NCBI RefSeq assembly: GCF_038871235.1
Contig: NZ_JAVZIN010000003.1
Coordinates: forward strand, 1-64,000
DNA from: Candidatus Hadarchaeum sp.
Lineage (GTDB): Archaea; Hadarchaeota; Hadarchaeia; Hadarchaeales; Hadarchaeaceae
Length of the DNA: 64,000 bases
Direction of reading: 5' to 3'
The notes under the pieces were generated by a model, which worked only from the letters and a program-made list of their open reading frames with translations, did not search any database and was not told the origin of the DNA. Made by a program: the position numbers and the translations under genes. Below, piece by piece: positions 58,512 through 64,000 of this stretch. Position 1 is the stretch's first letter. Every line of letters begins with the position of its first letter.

Positions 58512-59894
58512 CTAAATAAGAACAGGCACGCCTAGATCTATTATTTTCTTTTTCACGTTATTATACAGTTCAGTGTATTCTTTAGTTGGTACCACACGCT
58601 TGATGTCGTAACATTCTTGGAATTTTTTACCCAGCGGGGCGTCTTTGATCTTCCCCTCGTATTCTTTCAAGAGTTTCTTAGCTAACTCGTTTGTCTCATC
58701 CCTCTTTAATCCCGCCTTGGCTGCAGCGCGGCCTACCTCACAGGCCATTCTTGCTTCCACAGGGGTGGTCCTATCTTTGTATTTATTCCTTGCTGCAAAA
58801 AATTCCCAGAGGTTAGCACCGGAGACGGTGCTTACTAAACCATGGGTGGCGGCCTCAAGGAGTACCATCTCTGTGCATGGTCCAGCAGCGCCGATACCGT
58901 TTGACATGCTAAGGAAGGGAGAATTTCTTGCTAAAGCTTGATAGACCAAGCTGATCATCCAAAGAAGATTTCTTGAGGTATTATTGAGTTGATTTATATC
59001 AAAGGGGAAAAACGTGTCGAGGTGTCCTTGATTCACCATTAATCCCTGTAAATGAGTCGCCACGCTAACTATTGCTGTGCCTTCTACACCACCGGCATAT
59101 CCGCCAACCATCGGACCAAATAATGACATGATGATGTATCCGCATTTGTGGAAGTTGACCATTCTGTTAAGACCTCCCCAGTCGATCTTCAGTTCTGATA
59201 TCGTTCCGACCATTCTGCCATCGGTAGTCCTAACGCCCCATTCGGGATTGCTCACAGAGATTTGGGCGGTGTCCGACAGCGCGGTTTGAACATCCGCCAA
59301 GTATATGTTTGGCCTGCCCACTCGCCTCACCGCTTCCCTTATCATCAAGGCATGTGCTCCAGCTCCAGCAACATCAGTTGGTGCTTTTGACCTTACCTTT
59401 TCACCCCACAGTTCATCAAGCACTCCCGCCCCGACGCCATCCGCAAGCGGTTCCAGCGCGTAGGCCATTTCAACGATGGCGAAAAGTTCCTCGGAAAAAG
59501 GCAGGCTCGGGCTGAACACGCAAAAAGGTCTTCTTCTGTCTTCAATATCCCTGTGATATACTTCCCTTCTTTCCGTTCCAGATCCGACCACAATTTTTTC
59601 CGGAAAGCTGATCAAGGCTTCCTTTATCTCTTCTTCGGTAAACATGATTCTTCTGGAGGTCTCGAGGCACAGGGTCCCCGTGTGCAGGTAGAGTTCTAAG
59701 CCTGCCTTCCAGAGATCGTCTGCCAAGCTGTTGTCCGATGGAATAATGGTTTCACCATCGAACTTTATATCATACTCCTTTATCAACTCCTTAATCTTTG
59801 GAAACAGTATTTTTGTATCGAAGTCTTTTTCCATACACAAGGGGCCGTTTTCAGATCTTCTTAAAACTTCAGGTATTCTCCAGGGTGGTGCCAT
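58512..59894 (-). CDS. mtmB: MtmB family methyltransferase, non-pyrrolysine
   Basis: Full length 460 aa; GRPN, ELKID, PMVGGYAGG.EGT, AGPCTEM, GKKFQECYD. The Pyl position is Ala (GCG, 59295-59297). Confidence 0.93.
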   Translation of the reverse strand: MAPPWRIPEVLRRSENGPLCMEKDFDTKILFPKIKELIKEYDIKFDGETIIPSDNSLADDLWKAGLELYLHTGTLCLETSRRIMFTEEEIKEALISFPEKIVVGSGTERREVYHRDIEDRRRPFCVFSPSLPFSEELFAIVEMAYALEPLADGVGAGVLDELWGEKVRSKAPTDVAGAGAHALMIREAVRRVGRPNIYLADVQTALSDTAQISVSNPEWGVRTTDGRMVGTISELKIDWGGLNRMVNFHKCGYIIMSLFGPMVGGYAGGVEGTAIVSVATHLQGLMVNQGHLDTFFPFDINQLNNTSRNLLWMISLVYQALARNSPFLSMSNGIGAAGPCTEMVLLEAATHGLVSTVSGANLWEFFAARNKYKDRTTPVEARMACEVGRAAAKAGLKRDETNELAKKLLKEYEGKIKDAPLGKKFQECYDIKRVVPTKEYTELYNNVKKKIIDLGVPVLI

Positions 59895-59895
59895 T

Positions 59896-60558
59896 TCACG
59901 CTCCTCCTTTTAACATTAGTTCTTTAGCTATATTCACACCCTTAACGGCAGAATCCGCCCATCCATCAGCACCTATCTCCTCCGCCCACTCCTTAGTTAC
60001 AGGTGCGCCCCCAATCAGAACGAGGAATTTCTCCTTCTGCGAGATGCCCTTTAAGATTTCGATGACCTCCCTTTGGGAGGGCATGGATGTCGTCATTAGT
60101 GCCGATAGAGCGATGATGTCTGCTTTTGTTTCGTTTGCCCTTTTGACCACTTCTAGAGAGGGCACATCTCTTCCGAGATCGTAAACCTCAAATCCGTTTA
60201 CTTTAAGGAGAAAAGCCACAATGTTTTTCCCAATATCGTGGATGTCACCAGCAACTGTAGCGATTACCACCTTTCCGAATTTTCTTTCCGCGGCCATCAA
60301 TTTTCTCTTTTCAATTTCTGACATTATCACGTCAGACGCAGCTTTCATGACATCCGCGATTAGCATTAGCTCAGGTAAAAATAGCTCTCCGTTTTCATAT
60401 TTCTCTCCCAAAGTTTTCGCTATGGAAGCAAACTCATCAAAAATTTTAGTTGGCTCAATATTTTTGTTTAAAATCTCTACAACAACAGACTTAGCGACAT
60501 CTTCATTATACTCAAAGATACTTTGTCTCAGTTTTTCGAACAGTTCATCATTACTCAT
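59896..60558 (-). CDS. Cognate corrinoid protein (MtmC/MttC-like)
   Basis: FLPELM, GDIHDIGKNIV (DxHxxG), SALMTTSM, IGGAPV, IGAD. Confidence 0.95.
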   Translation of the reverse strand: MSNDELFEKLRQSIFEYNEDVAKSVVVEILNKNIEPTKIFDEFASIAKTLGEKYENGELFLPELMLIADVMKAASDVIMSEIEKRKLMAAERKFGKVVIATVAGDIHDIGKNIVAFLLKVNGFEVYDLGRDVPSLEVVKRANETKADIIALSALMTTSMPSQREVIEILKGISQKEKFLVLIGGAPVTKEWAEEIGADGWADSAVKGVNIAKELMLKGGA

Positions 60559-61988
60559 TTCTTTCCCTTTGCGCCTGCTTTCTCAAGTTTACTGATTCCA
60601 ACGTATAGAACGACAGATATTGCCATTCCTATTACTGCATTTTCAATCCAGTTGAATATGTAGATATATTCCAAATAGATGTAGATGATATAGGTTACTA
60701 TAATCGAGATCAGCGCCCCGTTTCTCGTACCTCCCTCCTTCCAAAATAGTCTCAAAAATAGCGGCCCGGTTAGAACCGCAGCCAAGCCTGTTGAGCCAAT
60801 GATCGCCAGATATGCAAGCAGCTCCGGTGGCCTAGTAATCACCCAAGTGAGGCTGCACAGAGCGAGAATTATCACCAATAATCTTGACACCCAGAACCGT
60901 GTACGGTCAGAAACTTTGTATTTTTCCCACACTGGTTTTAGCGCCGTTTCAAAATTTGCGCATGAAGCTATCAGATAGGAGTCCACGCTTGAAATTATTG
61001 CGTTTACAATACCAAGGGAGCCAAAGACCATAAGAGCCTCTGGCAAGTAGCGGCTAAACATTTCCGGCAAGGCTGTATCTGGATCGGCTAGTCCAGGTAA
61101 AACCACTCTTGCCGTTAGACCAACCAATACCGGAAAAGAGGTTAATAGTGTTAGCAAGGAAACAATTGTCGCTACGGTCGCTCTTCTTGTTGCAGGCATC
61201 TCGGCAACGGAGATATATTTCTGTGAGAATGACGGCGCAAATTGGAAGGCCGTATATGCGATCACGATAGCTACAAAGGTCCAAGGAACGGTGCTTGCAT
61301 ATGGCACTCCGGTTGTTGGATAGACCAGTTCAGGATCTATAGCAGCAGCTCTTTCAAAAAGAGGGCCGAAACCGCCGACTGCGGCAAAGATTATGTATAT
61401 GCATAAAAAGCAAGCAGCAATCATCCATACTATTGAAACTACATCGGTGTACATGACTGCTCTGAGACCGCCTTGCGTCACGTAGATTATGGTAATAATC
61501 ATAAACACTAAAATGGCAAACAGAGTCGGAATTCCAAGCATTCTGGACAAAATTGCACCTGCGGCTTTAAATTGTGCAGTGACGAACATCATGTACATTA
61601 TGAAAATAAGTGCAGCAACTAAAGCTCTTAAGGCGTTGCTATCTCCATGAGTGTAACCAATTAGGTCGCCGATTGACGTGGCTTTATATTTTGCGATCCA
61701 GCTCTTGTAATACGGCACGGCAAAATAGACGACTAAAAATATTCCCGGAATCCACGCTATTGGTGTGGATAATAGTTCGATGACTCCGTAAGAATATCCG
61801 ACGCCAGGGGCCCCTATATAAGCCCACCCACTTGCGGAGGCAGCGGCAAGAGAGCAGGCAAACAAATAGGGTGATAATCTCCAGCCACCGGTAAAAAACT
61901 CCTCCCTCGTCATCGTTCTTCGCATCGCCAAAGTTCCCAGACCTATCATCAATATTATGAACGCTATTAAACCGATCCAAGCAATCAT
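60555..61988 (-). CDS. Sodium:solute symporter (PutP/PanF-like)
   Basis: EFFTGG, SGWAYIGAPG, AQFKAAG, GGLRAVMYTD, AIISSVDS; ATGA overlap with the corrinoid gene. Confidence 0.92.
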   Translation of the reverse strand: MIAWIGLIAFIILMIGLGTLAMRRTMTREEFFTGGWRLSPYLFACSLAAASASGWAYIGAPGVGYSYGVIELLSTPIAWIPGIFLVVYFAVPYYKSWIAKYKATSIGDLIGYTHGDSNALRALVAALIFIMYMMFVTAQFKAAGAILSRMLGIPTLFAILVFMIITIIYVTQGGLRAVMYTDVVSIVWMIAACFLCIYIIFAAVGGFGPLFERAAAIDPELVYPTTGVPYASTVPWTFVAIVIAYTAFQFAPSFSQKYISVAEMPATRRATVATIVSLLTLLTSFPVLVGLTARVVLPGLADPDTALPEMFSRYLPEALMVFGSLGIVNAIISSVDSYLIASCANFETALKPVWEKYKVSDRTRFWVSRLLVIILALCSLTWVITRPPELLAYLAIIGSTGLAAVLTGPLFLRLFWKEGGTRNGALISIIVTYIIYIYLEYIYIFNWIENAVIGMAISVVLYVGISKLEKAGAKGKK

Positions 61989-62000
61989 ATCAATTCACCC

Positions 62001-62183
62001 TTATTTTTTGCCTTCCTCCTGTTTTCTTGCGATGAGATAGCAGATAACCCCCACCAAAAACCATACTGGAAAAGAGACCCAAATCGAAGCACCTATGGAA
62101 ACAAAACTTGCGGTGACAAACACAATTATTATACCGATCAACGTAACAAGAAAGTACAACATTTCTTCTTTCATCACTATCAA
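62001..62183 (-). CDS. Small two-TM protein, probable SSS accessory subunit
   Basis: Two TM helices, 12 bp upstream of the SSS gene, which has a GGTGA RBS. Confidence 0.6.
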   Translation of the reverse strand: MIVMKEEMLYFLVTLIGIIIVFVTASFVSIGASIWVSFPVWFLVGVICYLIARKQEEGKK

Positions 62184-62293
62184 TAAAAAAATTGAAAATC
62201 GATTTTTATAAAAAGTTTGGAATCACAGGTACTAAATTTTAATTCTAACCTGAAATTCAAAAACGATTTTATTGATTCAAGAGAGGAAATTCG

Positions 62294-62479
62294 ATGTCAA
62301 AATTGGATGATATCCTTAGTGTATTTGATGATGGTAAAGTGCATGGAGTAGAGGAGATCATCAAAAGATTTTCACTACCCGGTGATGTGGTTTTAAAGGT
62401 GCTTTATTTTTTAGCCGAGTTTGGGTTCATTAATTTTGATGGAACCCAAGGAAAAAGTACGGACTTTTCTAAAAAATGA
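62294..62479 (+). CDS. Small wHTH-like protein
   Basis: DDILSVF.DGK.H..EEI, VL.FLAEFGFI; GAGGA RBS. Confidence 0.55.
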   Translation: MSKLDDILSVFDDGKVHGVEEIIKRFSLPGDVVLKVLYFLAEFGFINFDGTQGKSTDFSKK

Positions 62480-62485
62480 TTTCTA

Positions 62486-62794
62486 TTAAAGCTGAAGAAG
62501 ATTCTGAATTTCATTATATTTTTTCAAAAACTCATTTCCCTTCTCAGTGACCGACCATTTAATCGGGTGGGTTTTTTCAATCTTTATCAGCCCCATCCTA
62601 AGTAACTCATCCAGATATTTTTGGCATCGGTTGAAGTTCAGATTGGCGCGGTAGACAATGTGGCTTTTTCTTGAGCAAGTTCCTATGGCATTTAAAATAT
62701 CTACATATAAGGTGATTATATTTCTCCTTTTCCTATCGGAGTTGACCTCCTTCAATTTGCCCGCCTTCTCAGATGTGTTTCTGCTGGCACACAT
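62486..62794 (-). CDS. wHTH regulator (HTH_45/COG3432-like)
   Basis: RR....YVDIL, KSHIVYRANLN, YLDEL..GLI, TEKG.EFL. Confidence 0.85.
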   Translation of the reverse strand: MCASRNTSEKAGKLKEVNSDRKRRNIITLYVDILNAIGTCSRKSHIVYRANLNFNRCQKYLDELLRMGLIKIEKTHPIKWSVTEKGNEFLKKYNEIQNLLQL

Positions 62795-62889
62795 CCATGG
62801 TTGAGTTTACTTAGTGGTGTATAAAAAGGTAACAATCGACTGGCCCATTTGCAATTGGCCAATGCCTGAAGAAAAGAATTAACTTGGGT

Positions 62890-63300
62890 TCACCTGTGGT
62901 CGGAATCTAAATCTTTTTCAGGATTTGGTTTTAATTCAGACCCTTCTCCATGGACAACGATCTGCAGCTTTTTCTTCAGCTGCTCCCGGATCTGATCCAT
63001 GATTAAAAAATCCGTCTCAATCCTCTTTTTCAGGGCTTGCATTTTTTTCTCCAGTCTTTCAAGTTCTTCCATTTCACGTTGAAGATTTTCTAAAGTTGAG
63101 CCCAGCCTTGCTAAGACATGTAACTGTTCGTAGGCGTCGCTAGGGTTGTTCAACATTCCACGTTTCGATGCATCCGCCATGTTGTCTTTTATCTGATTTA
63201 ACAGTTTTTCCATCTTGGTTAGCTTTTCTTTGGGGATTATCATTGAGTCTAGCGTTGTCGTAATCTCTGCCCACAGTTTAGCGATTTCCTCAGTGCCCAA
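62890..63300 (-). CDS. Coiled-coil hypothetical protein
   Basis: 136 aa, E/K/L/M-rich heptads. Confidence 0.55.
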   Translation of the reverse strand: MGTEEIAKLWAEITTTLDSMIIPKEKLTKMEKLLNQIKDNMADASKRGMLNNPSDAYEQLHVLARLGSTLENLQREMEELERLEKKMQALKKRIETDFLIMDQIREQLKKKLQIVVHGEGSELKPNPEKDLDSDHR

Positions 63301-63410
63301 CCGTGCACCCGAGAAGAAGACCCTAGGGCCCGAAAAAATGCTTTTCTTATTTTTAATCTATCTAATTTCGACACAAAAATTGATATATTTAGAAGGATGT
63401 TGATAGTACA

Positions 63411-63767
63411 GTGGTAAAGATGTCAGAGAGTTCTGGAAGAAAAGATGGCGCCGGTAGCAGCTTAGTTCATAAACTGGTCAAAAGTGAGCTGGAGTACCTC
63501 TTTTTGGCTTTGCTAATGAGGCGGCCGATGTGCGGCACCGACATCATTAAGGAAATCCATGTAAAGTTCGGTCTGTTGCTCAGCCCAGGCACGGTTTATC
63601 CATTGTTACATGATTTGGAGACAAGAGGATTGATACAACATGAGCCGGGGACGAAGATAAAGATCTATAGTACGGTCAAAGGGATGAGGCAGAAAATCAA
63701 AGACATGTTGGAACAGCGAATCAGTGACCTGAAGCAGGTTATTGAATTTCTCCTGCAGGGCGAATGA
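63411..63767 (+). CDS. PadR-family regulator
   Basis: PMCGTDII..I..KFG.LLSPGTVYPLL..LE..GLI. Confidence 0.88.
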   Translation: MVKMSESSGRKDGAGSSLVHKLVKSELEYLFLALLMRRPMCGTDIIKEIHVKFGLLLSPGTVYPLLHDLETRGLIQHEPGTKIKIYSTVKGMRQKIKDMLEQRISDLKQVIEFLLQGE

Positions 63768-63785
63768 GATCAGGCATTTAGTCAA

Positions 63786-63998
63786 TCAGGTCCTTTGGAT
63801 GGACTCAAGAAGATATCTCTGGGCGGCGATGAAATCATTTATCCTGCTCTCCGCCAGCGCTCGACCCTGCTCGGTGAGGACATAAATCTTGGACCGCATT
63901 GATTCTCCCTTCATTATCGTGACCAGACCCCGGGCCTCAAGTGAATAGAGAAGGGAGTAAACAGTTCCTTGGCTAAGCGAGGTGTAGTAGCGCTGGTA
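63786..63998 (-). CDS. PadR-family regulator, 5'-partial
   Basis: Hand translation YQRYYTSLSQGTVYSLLYSLEARGLV...KIYVLTEQG...IQRT*; not in the ORF track. Confidence 0.8.
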   Translation of the reverse strand, partial: YQRYYTSLSQGTVYSLLYSLEARGLVTIMKGESMRSKIYVLTEQGRALAESRINDFIAAQRYLLESIQRT

Positions 63999-64000
63999 GA

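Noticed and set aside
58512-60558. Evidence of methanogenesis
   Set aside because: No mcr, mtr or CoM methyltransferase in the window; corrinoid methyltransferases alone do not imply methane production.

Overview
Archaeal chromosomal DNA, shown by the CCA-adding enzyme, NOG1, RtcA, eL41/eS32, IOR, ADP-forming acyl-CoA synthetase, AOR, TATA-like boxes close to start codons and frequent TTG/GTG starts. The gene mix resembles anaerobic sediment or hot-spring lineages such as Hadarchaeota or Bathyarchaeia, but this is inference only. A housekeeping core (about 18-53 kb) holds tldDE, hemK-like, deoC, an rpl41e missed by the ORF track, a probable B12-uptake pair, argB-argD-argF-carbamate kinase, nadM, ogt, rtcA, a 2-oxoacid elongation operon, nog1, cca, thpR, queC, an FdrA-like gene, a type IV filament ATPase/TadC pair and tRNA-Gly. 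Two catabolic clusters flank this core, each built around a monomethylamine-methyltransferase (MtmB) homologue that has no amber/pyrrolysine codon and has lost the three active-site glutamates. Cluster A (1-17.8 kb): MtmB-like, Liv ABC components, two aminotransferases, 2-hydroxyacid dehydrogenase, MFS, IorAB, AcdA and a Mo-hydroxylase. Cluster B (53.5-62.2 kb): two SSS transporters, corrinoid protein, MtmB-like, Fe-ADH and AOR/ferredoxin. The best candidate for an undescribed system is pyrrolysine-independent corrinoid demethylation of larger methylated amino acids or amino alcohols coupled to fermentation of the remaining skeleton. All family assignments come from motif recognition by eye; no searches were run.
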